Part shown: positions 1 through 9,521 of the stretch, in pieces | How the letters are laid out: each line of letters begins with the position of its first letter | How positions within the stretch are numbered: the first letter of the stretch is position 1 | Notes under the pieces: model-generated | Database searches by the model: none | What the model saw: only the letters and a program-made list of their open reading frames with translations | What the model was told of the DNA's origin: nothing | Translations under genes and position numbers: made by a program | Source: Clostridiales bacterium | Lineage (GTDB): Bacteria > Bacillota > Clostridia > Oscillospirales > Acutalibacteraceae | Assembly: GCA_019415925.1 (NCBI GenBank) | Contig: DXYG01000003.1 | Location: 1,666 to 65,665, forward strand | DNA length: 64,000 nt | Reading direction: 5' to 3'

Positions 1-1
1 G

Positions 2-1183
2 GACCGTTCAATCCTTGAGGGTGACCCGCAGTGTATTATCGAGGCTATGATTATCGCAGGCTACGCAATCGGCGCACATCACGGCTTTGTATATATCAGA
101 GCAGAGTATCCTATTGCTGTTGAAAGACTGCAAAAGGCTATTGACCAGGCTAAGGAGTACGGCTTCTTAGGCAAGAACATCTTCGGCTCAGGCTTTGACT
201 TTGATATGGAAATCAGACTCGGCGCAGGCGCATTCGTTTGCGGTGAGGAAACTGCTCTTATGACTTCAATCGAGGGCAACCGTGGCGAGCCTCGTCCACG
301 TCCTCCGTTCCCTGCAGTAAAGGGACTTTTCGGCAAGCCTACAGTACTCAATAACGTAGAAACCTACGCTAACATTGCTCAGATTATCTTAAACGGCAGC
401 AAGTGGTTTGCATCTATGGGAACTCCCAAGAGCCCCGGTACAAAGGTATTTGCACTCGGCGGCAAGATTACAAACGTAGGTCTTGTTGAAATTCCTATGG
501 GTACTACTCTGCGTGAAATTGTTGAAGAAATCGGCGGCGGAATCCCCAACGGCAAGAAGTTCAAGGCTGCTCAGACAGGCGGACCTTCGGGCGGTTGTAT
601 TCCTGCACTTCACATTGACACTCCTATTGACTACGACAGCCTGCTTGCTCTGGGCTCAATGATGGGCTCGGGCGGTATGATTATCCTTGACGAGGATACC
701 TGTATGGTTGATATCGCCAAGTTCTACCTTGAGTTTACTGTTGACGAAAGCTGCGGTAAGTGTACGCCCTGCCGTGTAGGTACACGCAGACTTCTGCAGT
801 TCCTCGACAAAATAACATCCGGCAAGGGTGAAATGGAGGATTTGGAAAAGATTGACGAGCTTGCACGTCATATGCAGACTTCTTCGCTCTGCGCACTCGG
901 TCAGACTGCTCCGAACCCTGTTCTTTCAACAATGAACTACTTTAAGGACGAGTATATCGCCCACATTAAGGATAAAACGTGTCCGGCAGGCGTCTGCAAG
1001 GCACTTATGAAATACGAGATTATCCCTGCAAAATGTAAGGGTTGTACGCTCTGTGCAAGAAACTGCCCTGTCGGCGCAATTTCGGGTACTGTTAAACAGC
1101 CTCACGTTATTGATCAGGATAAGTGTATCAAGTGCGGACTTTGTATGAGAAACTGCAAGTTCGGCGCAATCTACACACATTAA
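2..1183 (+). CDS. NuoF-like flavin/Fe-S subunit of an electron-bifurcating hydrogenase (HydB/HndC type), 5' end outside window
   Basis: [13 protein letters not shown] and [12 protein letters not shown] motifs, C-terminal 2x[4Fe-4S]; frame open back to position 2 (DRSILEGDP). Confidence 0.93.
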   Translation, partial: DRSILEGDPQCIIEAMIIAGYAIGAHHGFVYIRAEYPIAVERLQKAIDQAKEYGFLGKNIFGSGFDFDMEIRLGAGAFVCGEETALMTSIEGNRGEPRPRPPFPAVKGLFGKPTVLNNVETYANIAQIILNGSKWFASMGTPKSPGTKVFALGGKITNVGLVEIPMGTTLREIVEEIGGGIPNGKKFKAAQTGGPSGGCIPALHIDTPIDYDSLLALGSMMGSGGMIILDEDTCMVDIAKFYLEFTVDESCGKCTPCRVGTRRLLQFLDKITSGKGEMEDLEKIDELARHMQTSSLCALGQTAPNPVLSTMNYFKDEYIAHIKDKTCPAGVCKALMKYEIIPAKCKGCTLCARNCPVGAISGTVKQPHVIDQDKCIKCGLCMRNCKFGAIYTH

Positions 1184-1195
1184 GGAGGGATAATT

Positions 1196-2932
1196 ATGGA
1201 TATGGTACATCTTAAAATAAACGGTATCCCTGTTGAGGTGCCGAGCAACTATACTATTTTACAGGCGGCTAAGGTCGCTAAAATCGAAATTCCGTCGCTT
1301 TGCTATCTTAAGGACATCAACTGCATCGGCGCCTGCCGTGTCTGCGTGGTTGAGGTAAAGGGCAGAAAAGGTCTTATCGCATCGTGCGTTTATCCCGTTG
1401 AGGAGGGAATGGAGGTATTCACAAATACCCCGAAGGTAAGAGCGTCAAGAAAAACAACTATTGAGCTTATCCTCTCAACTCACCACAAAAAGTGCCTTTC
1501 CTGCGTAAGAGGCAACAACTGTGAGCTTCAGAAGCTTGCTTTTGACTACGGCGTTGACGAGGACAGATTCAAGGCTGAAGAGCCTATCTATGAAATTGAC
1601 GACGAATCACCCTATATAGTGCGTGATAACAACAAGTGTATTCAGTGTATGCGCTGCGTTGCAGCCTGCAAGAATGTTCAGTCTATTTCGGTTATCGGAC
1701 CTATCAAGCGTGGCTTCAAGGTTCACGTTGGCTGTGCATTCGAAAAGGGACTCGGCGACTCTCCGTGTGTTGGCTGCGGTCAGTGTATTGTAAGCTGTCC
1801 TGTTGGTGCGCTCAATGAAAAGAGTCAGATTGACGAGGTTTGGGACGCTATCTCCGACCCCGAAAAGCAGGTTATTTTCTACACTGCTCCGTCAATCAAG
1901 GCGACTCTCGGCGAGAGCTTCGGTATGCCTATCGGCACAAACGTTGAGGGAAAAATGGTTTCTGCAATCCGCAGACTCGGCGTTGACAAGGTTTTCAATA
2001 TGGATTTTACCGCCGACCTCACAATCCTTGAGGAGGCAAACGAGCTTGTTGAGAGAATCACACGCAAGGAAACTCTCCCGATGTTCACCTCCTGCTGTCC
2101 CGGTTGGGTTAAGTTTGTTGAGCATTACTATCCCGAAATGATTCCGCACCTTTCAACCTGCAAATCTCCGCAGGGTATGTTCGGCGCAGTTCTTAAGAGC
2201 TACTATGCTCAGAAATATAACCTTGACCCCGAAAAGATGTTTGTTGTCAGCGTAATTCCCTGTACGGCAAAGAAGTTTGAGGCTACACGTCCCGAGCTGC
2301 GCACATTCGACTTTGATGACGTTGACGTTGCACTCACTACAAGAGAGCTTGCAAAGATGATTAAGGGCGCAGGCATCAAGCTTGAGGATATGGACGACGA
2401 GGACTACGACGCTCCGTTCAACAAGGCAACGGGCGGCGGTGCTATCTTCGGTGCAACAGGCGGCGTGCTTGAGGCTGCTCTGCGTACTGCGGCAAGAATG
2501 CTTGACGGCTCATTCAAGAAGATTGAGTTTACCGAGGTAAGAGGTCCGCAGGAAATCAGAGAGGCTAAATACAGCGTTGCAGGCGTTGAAATAAAGGTTG
2601 CCGTTACTTCAGGTCTTGGTAATGCAAGAAAGCTTATCGAGAAGATTAAGAAGGGCGAAGCCGACTATCAGATGGTTGAAATTATGGCTTGCCCCGGCGG
2701 CTGTATCAACGGCGGCGGTCAGCCTGTTCAGAGCGACAGCGTAAGAAACTACGTTGACTTAAAGGCTATCCGTTCAAAGGCACTTTACGATTACGATAAG
2801 CAGTGCAAGTACAGATGCAGTGACGAAAGTCCGATTATCAAGACAATTTACGATGAATTCTTTGACGCTCCCGGCAAACCCAGAGCACACAAGCTTCTTC
2901 ATACAAAGTATGTGAACAGAGGAAATCATTGA
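1196..2932 (+). CDS. hydA: [FeFe] hydrogenase catalytic subunit (group A, HydA/HndD type)
   Basis: H-cluster motifs TSCCPGW, PCTAKKFE, MACPGGCINGGG; N-terminal 2Fe-2S and 4Fe-4S domains; RBS AGGAGG. Confidence 0.95.
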   Translation: MDMVHLKINGIPVEVPSNYTILQAAKVAKIEIPSLCYLKDINCIGACRVCVVEVKGRKGLIASCVYPVEEGMEVFTNTPKVRASRKTTIELILSTHHKKCLSCVRGNNCELQKLAFDYGVDEDRFKAEEPIYEIDDESPYIVRDNNKCIQCMRCVAACKNVQSISVIGPIKRGFKVHVGCAFEKGLGDSPCVGCGQCIVSCPVGALNEKSQIDEVWDAISDPEKQVIFYTAPSIKATLGESFGMPIGTNVEGKMVSAIRRLGVDKVFNMDFTADLTILEEANELVERITRKETLPMFTSCCPGWVKFVEHYYPEMIPHLSTCKSPQGMFGAVLKSYYAQKYNLDPEKMFVVSVIPCTAKKFEATRPELRTFDFDDVDVALTTRELAKMIKGAGIKLEDMDDEDYDAPFNKATGGGAIFGATGGVLEAALRTAARMLDGSFKKIEFTEVRGPQEIREAKYSVAGVEIKVAVTSGLGNARKLIEKIKKGEADYQMVEIMACPGGCINGGGQPVQSDSVRNYVDLKAIRSKALYDYDKQCKYRCSDESPIIKTIYDEFFDAPGKPRAHKLLHTKYVNRGNH

Positions 2933-2951
2933 TTTAATCTTAGGAGTAAAA

Positions 2952-3422
2952 ATGACTGCTTTTGAAAAAAGTCTTGAAGTATTAAATGACTTGTTTGGCA
3001 GAGATTATACCTTTGTAATGGCAACCGTGAATAACAATGCTCCCGTTCAGCGTGTTGTAGATACATTTTACTATGACGGTGAATTCTGGATTGTAACTTA
3101 TGCGTTGTCTAATAAGGTAAAGGAAATTGCAAGTAATCCCGACGTTTCCTTATGCAATACATTTCACACCTTTGCCGGAAAGGCTTATAACGCAGGACAT
3201 CCGTTGAAAAGCGAAAATTCAGAAATTCGTTCAAAACTGATAAAAGCGTTTGAACTGTGGTATTTTGCACATAACAACGAAAATGATGAAAATATGTGTT
3301 ATGTCAGAGTGAAGCCTGAAAGCGGATTTTTCCATAAGGACGGAATAGGCTATAAGGTGAATTTTTCTGAAAAGACTGCCGAAGAATTTCCGTTTACTCC
3401 TCAAATTGAAATGATACATTAA
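2952..3422 (+). CDS. pyridoxamine 5'-phosphate oxidase-like FMN-binding protein
   Basis: MAT..P.QRVVD and SNKVKEI..NPDVSL pattern, 156 aa, RBS AGGAG. Confidence 0.75.
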   Translation: MTAFEKSLEVLNDLFGRDYTFVMATVNNNAPVQRVVDTFYYDGEFWIVTYALSNKVKEIASNPDVSLCNTFHTFAGKAYNAGHPLKSENSEIRSKLIKAFELWYFAHNNENDENMCYVRVKPESGFFHKDGIGYKVNFSEKTAEEFPFTPQIEMIH

Positions 3423-3427
3423 AATTT

Positions 3428-3458
3428 CACCCCACCGATTTGTTCGGTGGGGTGTTTT
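3428..3458 (+). terminator. Rho-independent terminator; target site of the group IIC intron
   Basis: CACCCCACCGA-tttgt-TCGGTGGGGTG followed by TTTT. Confidence 0.9.
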
Positions 3459-3463
3459 GTACG

Positions 3464-3828
3464 GTTTGCCCAGAATGGGCGGTAACTTGGTGGTGAAAGT
3501 CCACTACAGGCTTGGCAGTAGGAACTGTTAGCAGAGGGCAAGTGCGTCCATCGTGAGGTGGAGTATGAAGTAAGCCTAAAGCAAACTCTCGGTCTGACGA
3601 ACAGAAATCACATATAAGGCATATGCAGAGCGGACGAGCTTGCTAAACAAAGCAAAGTCCAATACTGTCCGAACTCTGCGGTGTAAATGTGGCAGATATA
3701 TGAGAGGAAGGTTACTGTTCTTAACTGGGGAGGTCTTGCAATGGGGCGAAGGACAGATAGATTGACACCCGCCCAAAATGTGCAGTGATGTACAGCTGAA
3801 TTGCAAGAAGTCAGCAGAGGTCATAGTA
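3464..3828 (+). mobile_element. group IIC intron RNA, 5' fragment (domains I, II and start of III); no RT ORF, DV or DVI
   Basis: Colinear IIC blocks GTTTGCCCAGAATGGG, GGTGAAAGTCC, TTAGC...GCAAG, CGGTCTGACGAACA, CAAAGTCC, GTAAATG, GGGGAGGTCT, AGAAGTCAGCAGAGGTCATAGTA; starts right after a terminator. Confidence 0.88.
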
Positions 3829-4691
3829 GAGGTTATCGTTATCCCACGCAGCATAGAGTGCATAGTCGTCCATAGCAATTTCGTACATTGAGCCGGGGCG
3901 GTATACACGTGGGTCATCATTTGCAGTACCCTGTGCAATCAGCATTGAAGACTCCCAGTCTGACTTATCGCCGTCAACAGAGATTGTCTTTCTTACACCG
4001 TACTGATTGTTGGGGTTGGTAGAGTATTTGCCTGTTTATGCAGGTGTTGTAAAGCCGTCTGTTCCGACAGGAGCGTTCGGGTCTTTTTTGAGGTACTGAT
4101 ATGCAGCGGTTTCAGTGCCGTTAGCATTTGTAGCAGATACAGTAAGCGTTGTATAAGCGTTAATTGCAGTATCCTTGCCGACTGTTGCTGAAAGCTACCC
4201 ATTCACCGTTGTCAACCTTGTACTGTGCACTGTCGGCATTAGTTACGGTTATTGCAACGTCAAGAGTGTCAGTCTTAAAGCTTGTCTTATCCTTCTTGTC
4301 AACGCTGATAACCGGCTTTGATACAGATACATCGTAAACAGACCATTTGCCCGTTGGGAAGTTGTAAATCTGGTTGTCGCCGGGATAAATCATATCTAAT
4401 GTTTTTTTGCTGTCGCCGCCGTTGTTAAAGATAATGTTGACATAGTCATTGTCAAGGGTGTAGGAATAAATGTTGTCCTTGACCTTTGTCATCTTAACAC
4501 CCGGTCAGGAGCCGTTGCTGGTTTTACCGACAATCCACATATAGCAGTACGGTTCAAATCCGTCTGTTTCGCAGTAGACAGTATCTCCTGTTGCTGCGCT
4601 TGTGGTAATGAGTCCGCTTGTAACGATACTCGTAACGACAAGCATAGCCGCAAGAATTACGCTGATAATTCTGTTTGATTTCTATTTTCAT
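3826..4691 (-). pseudogene. secreted starch-binding protein remnant (CBM26-like N-terminus), with frameshifts and stops, 3' truncated
   Basis: Signal peptide SNRIISVILAAMLVVTS out of frame with ATG 4691; PYCYMW...*PGVKMTKV...NIIFNNG; later frames give TISVDGDKSDW and YAAWDNDNLY. Confidence 0.72.
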
Positions 4692-4835
4692 AGCTGTCCT
4701 CAGTTATTTTCTGAATAAGGTAAAAATATTACTTTTTATAATTATATTCTTTTTAACGCAATGTATCAATAAGAAAACTATAACTAAATTTGTAGATTTT
4801 ATACAATCAGTATGACGAAATTTGTCGTAAATTGA

Positions 4836-5639
4836 CTATGCTTTTTTGTACACAAGCAGTACAAATTCAATATCTGTTGTAAGTTTATAGAGCAAATCAA
4901 GCATGCTCATACCTTCGCTCGGCGTGTGGTAGTAATACGGAGTCATCTGAAACAGAGCTCTGATATCCTGCTTTGAGTCAAGCTCTATCTTGCTTTTTAC
5001 TCTTATTTTGTCAATCAGTTCAAGACCGTCAGCAGAAGGTGCCTTTTCATCATTATAATACGGCTCGTCATAAAGCACCTTTTTAAGCCCGAAAAGGTGT
5101 TCCCTGCCCGGAATTGCAGTTACAATTATGCCTTCATCGCTTAGAATTCTTGAAAATTCACCGCTGTGAAACGGTGCAAAAAGATGAAAAGCAAGCTTAA
5201 CCGAGCCGCTTTTAATGGGAATTGAGGCGATATTCGCAACGAAAAATTTTGCACCGCAGCGCCGCTTTGCGGCAAGCCTTATCATATTTTTAGACAGGTC
5301 AAAGCCGTAGAAATCACGTTTGTATTTTTGGGCAAGATATGAGGTGTAGTATCCCTCGCCGCAGCAGATGTCAAGCACGCTGTCACCGTTGACGGTGTAT
5401 TTTTCGATGCATTCTCCTACGGCAGAAGCAAGGGGAGAGTAAAAGCCTTTCTCGAGAAAGTCACGTCTTGATTTTGCCATTTCCTTGTTGTCGCCGGTGC
5501 TGTCGCCCGATTTATGAGCCGACAGAAGGTTAACATAGCCCTCCTTTGCAAGGTCAAAGCAGTGGTTGTTTTCACATTTTGCAGTTTTGTTTTCAAAGAA
5601 AAGCTCGTTTTTGCAAACGGGACAGATAAGAATATTCAT
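4836..5639 (-). CDS. rlmA: RlmA-like 23S rRNA m1G methyltransferase
   Basis: Zn finger CPVC...CENNHCFD.AKEGYVNL, SAM motif DICCGEGYY, MTPYYY. Confidence 0.85.
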   Translation of the reverse strand: MNILICPVCKNELFFENKTAKCENNHCFDLAKEGYVNLLSAHKSGDSTGDNKEMAKSRRDFLEKGFYSPLASAVGECIEKYTVNGDSVLDICCGEGYYTSYLAQKYKRDFYGFDLSKNMIRLAAKRRCGAKFFVANIASIPIKSGSVKLAFHLFAPFHSGEFSRILSDEGIIVTAIPGREHLFGLKKVLYDEPYYNDEKAPSADGLELIDKIRVKSKIELDSKQDIRALFQMTPYYYHTPSEGMSMLDLLYKLTTDIEFVLLVYKKA

Positions 5640-5731
5640 ATGTAAATCCTTCTTTTATTTATTCAATAAATATTATATATAACTAATTTTTTAAAATCAA
5701 TAAAATATATGAAAAAATAAAACCCGCCGAG

Positions 5732-5902
5732 TTAATCGGCGAGCCTTGAAACAAATGATTGCATTTCCTACTTTGAATTTATGTTGTGAATCTCAGAGAG
5801 TATTTTATTCTGTTAGTCCTCCGTCATATTTGAAAATTTCTTCATCGCATCGGGCTGCTGAGCCAGAGCCATACCAAATCCCAACGGCAAATCCTTGCTA
5901 AT
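5732..5902 (-). pseudogene. small Clostridia-type hypothetical protein remnant (LPLGFGMALAQ)
   Basis: RBS GAGGTG then ATT in place of ATG; reads SKDLPLGFGMALAQQPDAMKKFSNMTED*QNKILSEIHNINSK*EMQSFVSRLAD* with two internal stops. Confidence 0.6.
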
Positions 5903-5918
5903 AAAATCACCTCATTGA

Positions 5919-5947
5919 TAGTATGAAGAATAGAAATCGTTTTATTC
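5919..5947 (-). promoter_or_regulatory. sigmaG/F-type forespore promoter
   Basis: Minus strand GAATA-N17-CATACTA directly upstream of the RBS. Confidence 0.55.
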
Positions 5948-5977
5948 AGGAAATAGAAAGTATGGTAATTTAGATCT

Positions 5978-7018
5978 TATGAAACCAAAGCCGAAAAATG
6001 CGTCAGAATTCCAAACTACAACCTTGACAGCGATAATAAAAGAGCATACGCAAAGCGTGCCGAGGTGTGGCAGGAAAAGGCGTAGAAAACAGTAGAAAGG
6101 CTCGATGAAACTGTTGCAAAATCGGCTGAAAGTGGTATAATAAGAACAACAAAAGTTGTAAATGCAGCCCCAGTTAATGATACTTGGAAACCTCGTCCTG
6201 ATTTTGATAGTTTAATAGATGATATTATTGAATTCCAAGGATTTAATGGTAAGCCAACTATCATTTATGAACAGTCAGAATTTGATAAAGCAGTTCAAAA
6301 AGACCACTTTATTGCGGAACGAACCATAAGGGCGACTGATGAAGAAACTTTGTTAAAATATAATAATCAATTAAAAGCAGTAAACGGTGAGGATTATTTT
6401 TATGTAAACTGTGGAGTTGGCGGTGCACAGTACGGTCAGGGAATGTATTGTGTGGCTGATTACACGAAAGGCAAAGAACCATTTGAACACTTTTTACACG
6501 AAATAAAAGAATACGGTGATGGCGATAAAATAGAAAACGGATGTTATTCTACAACGTGGATGACATTAGACCCGACGTCTAAAATTTTGGAGTTGCCAAA
6601 TGGAGCAAAAGCAGGCGAATATATACCTGAACTATATAAGCGAGAATATATGCTTAATCACGCAGGAGATAATATACAAGATGTATTGGATTATATCGAC
6701 GCTTGTAAAGCTGTGGATAATCTAACTTTTTCTGAGCCTGAAGATGTTATTGATAGATTGTATGCAGAGAGAAATTCAGCTTTAAGTAAAGTGAAAGATT
6801 TATGCAAAGAAGCTATGAATAACACTATGTATTTACCAAAAGACAGTAAATTTCCGATTCCTAAAAATCCTGGAGTTTTAGCTGCTGAAATGGGTTACGA
6901 CGCTATAAACGCCGTAGGACACGGTGCTACAAACTCATATACTGTAGTATTAAACAGAACTAAACTTATAATTTATGGTGGTGACGATTATGTCTACAAC
7001 GCAACGAAAGTATTATGA
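5978..7018 (+). pseudogene. phage minor head (MuF-like) protein remnant with C-terminal ADP-ribosyltransferase-like domain
   Basis: Frame reads ...LDSDNKRAYAKRAEVWQEKA* (TAG 6083) ...VAKSAESGII... into ORF 6350-7018 with GGAQYGQGMY and GYDAINA...YTVVLNR; followed by phage head genes. Confidence 0.65.
6114..6141 (+). promoter_or_regulatory. sigmaA-type promoter inside the MuF linker
   Basis: TTGCAA-N16-TATAAT with extended -10 (TGGTATAAT). Confidence 0.5.
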
Positions 7019-7169
7019 TAAAATCATTGACGGATATTTATGCACGTTTAATTCTGATAACCATTTGTGTGTCAGTGTTTTGCTGGCAACAGGTATGGAT
7101 ATTGAAAATTGGAAAAAGTTCAATAAAAAAATGATTGGAACTATTGACCCTGATTATGATAAAAATTAA
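6990..7169 (+). CDS. small hypothetical protein, candidate immunity protein
   Basis: 59 aa, RBS GGTGGTGA, overlaps the 3' end of the toxin-like ORF, followed by a terminator. Confidence 0.5.
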   Translation: MSTTQRKYYDKIIDGYLCTFNSDNHLCVSVLLATGMDIENWKKFNKKMIGTIDPDYDKN

Positions 7170-7200
7170 CCGCTCCCACGTTGTGAGGGCGGTATTTTTA
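7168..7200 (+). terminator. Rho-independent terminator
   Basis: ACCGCTC...GGGCGGT stem followed by ATTTTT. Confidence 0.7.
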
Positions 7201-7224
7201 TACCCATTTTAAGGAGGTGACATA

Positions 7225-7419
7225 ATGAAAATCAAAGTAATTAAAGAGTTTATCGACCGTGAAAACGATATGGCACATCGTAAAATCGGCGAAACCTTTG
7301 AAGCAGACGAGCCGAGAGCAGAACAGCTTGAACAGCTCGGCTTTGTTAAAAAGGCAGAAAAGAAACCGAGGAAAAAGGCTGATGATTCAGCCACAGAAAC
7401 AACAGAAGAAACAAAGTAA
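7225..7419 (+). CDS. small phage head-module protein
   Basis: MKIKVIKEFIDREN...GETFEADEPRAEQLEQLGFV pattern; strong RBS AAGGAGGTG. Confidence 0.7.
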   Translation: MKIKVIKEFIDRENDMAHRKIGETFEADEPRAEQLEQLGFVKKAEKKPRKKADDSATETTEETK

Positions 7420-7524
7420 GCACTTTTGTAGTTACACGCAAGGGTGCTTTTATTATGCTCCAGAACTTTGAACGAGGGTAAAAGCTAAGGAATAAGCCGA
7501 CGGGCATTAAACGGAGGTAAAAAA

Positions 7525-7758
7525 ATGAAAGATACATTTCTCAAACCGAACATTCAGCTTTTTGCTGAGGGTGACGCCAACCCCGACAATGGCGGAACTA
7601 ACGCAAATCAGGACGGCGGCAACGGTTCTGAACCGAAAACATACACACAGGAAGAGCTTGACAGGATTGTAAACGAACAGGCAGAGCTACAAAATCTGCA
7701 TTAACGTCTTTTTTTAAGCAGAAAGGCTTGACAGAGGACGAGGCTAACAACGCTATGT
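7525..7758 (+). pseudogene. phage capsid scaffolding protein remnant (DUF4355-like), frameshifted and cut by IS256
   Basis: MKDTFLKPNIQLFAEG...KTYTQEELDRIV; shifted frame continues RATKSALTSFFKQKGLTEDEANNAM; RBS GGAGG. Confidence 0.75.
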
Positions 7759-8701
7759 CTTTGAAATCTCACACGACACAATATCTCAAATCACCGACTG
7801 CGTACTTGACGAGCTGAATGACTGGCAGAACAGACAGCTAAAAAAGATGTACACATTCCTGTTTGTTGACTGTATGTATGTCACCATCAGAAAAGATTAT
7901 GAGAGCAAGACTTACGCTGTATATACTATTTTAGGTTATGATACCAACGGAGAAAAGGATATACTTGGCTTGTGGCTTAACGAAAGCGAAAGTAAGCACA
8001 CCTTGATGCAGATATTTGATGAGTTGAAAACTCGTGGTGTAGAGGATGTTCTGTTCATCAGTATGGACGGTGTTTCAGGTCTTGAGGAAGGCGCTAAAGC
8101 TATTTTTAAGGATGTAGTAGTCCAGAGATGCATAGTGCATTTAATCCGAAATTCCATAAAATATGTTCCAAGTAAGGACTACAAAAAGTTCACACAATCA
8201 CTTAAAAAGGTATATGGTGCACCAAGTCTTAATGCTTGTAAAAAATCATTCGAACAGTTTTGTCAGGAATGGTCACAATATCCGGGAGCTGTCGATGTAT
8301 GGAAACGCAATTGTAATCATGTTGAACAGCTTTTTGATTACGGCAGTGCTGTACGTAAGGTTATGTACACCACAAACGCTGTTGAAAGCATTAATTACAG
8401 CTTCCGAAAGGTTACCAAAAAGGGAGCATTCCCCAGCGAAAATGCCCTGCTTAAATTACTCTATCTGAGAATAACCGAGCTCTACAAAAAATGGAACGGC
8501 AGTAGGGTACAAAACTGGGCTATGGTCAGAAATCAGCTAATAACAGATGACAAAATTAAAGCCCGTATTGAGAAATACGGGCACTTAATCTGACCGCCGT
8601 TTTTGCTCGCCTTCTCCGTTCCGCTACGCTCCACTCCAAAGGCGGACAAAAACATCTGCTATCTAACTTTAAAAAACTTACACACTTTTCTTGACAAAGC
8701 C
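7759..8701 (+). mobile_element. IS256-family element, 5'-truncated (transposase fragment ORF 7847-8593, right end retained)
   Basis: FVDC..VTIR, SMDGVSGL, VQRCIVHLIRNS, YTTNAVES motifs; upstream frame FEISHDTISQITD; end CTTACACACTTTTCTTGACAAAGCC. Confidence 0.9.
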
Positions 8702-8742
8702 TCCCAGTGCCGTTTTTGTCATATATCCGTCTTATCAGGCTG

Positions 8743-9342
8743 TTAATAATTTTTACTGATAATGTTTATAAATATTACTCTGACGGCATAAGCAAGCTCT
8801 TCAACAAAAAAATCCTCCTCTTCAAATCGTAGATTTAATTCAGCATTTCTTACTGCGTTTTTTCCTCGGTAAACATCAGACGCTTTATATTCTTCGGCAG
8901 TCGGTGCATTATCCTGGCGGATTTTTAAATAATTCTTACAGCGTTTTCCTTCCTCACTGAATGCAAATGTGTAGTAATGCAGATTCTCGTTTGCTTCAAA
9001 GAAAAAGTCCTGCAAGCCGTCAGCTCCTGAAAATTTTCTTGTAAATGAATGAATTCCCTGTACTGTTTTGTAAATTTCCCTGTATTCATATTCCGAAAGG
9101 AATATGTTGCTGTTGATGGCTCGGTAAATATTGTTAAATTCGACTCTGTAGTATTCCCAGCCGGTTTCCTCACCGACGTCGGTGCCGGGAATATTGTTGA
9201 AATTATCGCTTTCTCTAAGCGAATATATTATCCTGAGCAGCGGATTCAGTATATCATTGATAATCATTTCATTACATCTGGTCTGCATAATTTTGTTGAA
9301 TTGATTTGACGTGTCTGATGTTGTAATAGTTCTTCTTTCCAT
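8743..9342 (-). CDS. hypothetical protein divergent from the WYL regulator
   Basis: Open frame to 9381; RBS AAGGAG precedes ATG 9342; no recognisable domain. Confidence 0.65.
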   Translation of the reverse strand: MERRTITTSDTSNQFNKIMQTRCNEMIINDILNPLLRIIYSLRESDNFNNIPGTDVGEETGWEYYRVEFNNIYRAINSNIFLSEYEYREIYKTVQGIHSFTRKFSGADGLQDFFFEANENLHYYTFAFSEEGKRCKNYLKIRQDNAPTAEEYKASDVYRGKNAVRNAELNLRFEEEDFFVEELAYAVRVIFINIISKNY

Positions 9343-9378
9343 AGCAATTCTCCTTTTTATATCCATTTGTTCAGCTGA

Positions 9379-9418
9379 CATTGATTATTATATCAATGCA
9401 TTAGGCGGAAATTTCCGC
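9379..9418. promoter_or_regulatory. two palindromes in the divergent promoter region (candidate WYL operator)
   Basis: CATTGAT-N6-ATCAATG (9379-9398) overlapping a minus-strand TATAAT, and perfect GCGGAAATTTCCGC (9405-9418). Confidence 0.5.
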
Positions 9419-9521
9419 TTAAACTTTAATTATGAAAAATTTTTTATTTAAAATTTTGTAAAAAGCAGGAAAAAACCGAGTAATTTTATGGTACAATAAA
9501 TTCAGAAACGGAGGAAAAAAT

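Noticed and set aside
3464..3828. Riboswitch, T-box or retron/DGR interpretation of the structured RNA
   Set aside because: The blocks match group IIC intron domains, and no reverse transcriptase or template/variable repeat pair is in the window.
3576..3938. 120-aa minus-strand ORF
   Set aside because: A chimeric frame across the pseudogene/intron junction, antisense to the intron RNA.
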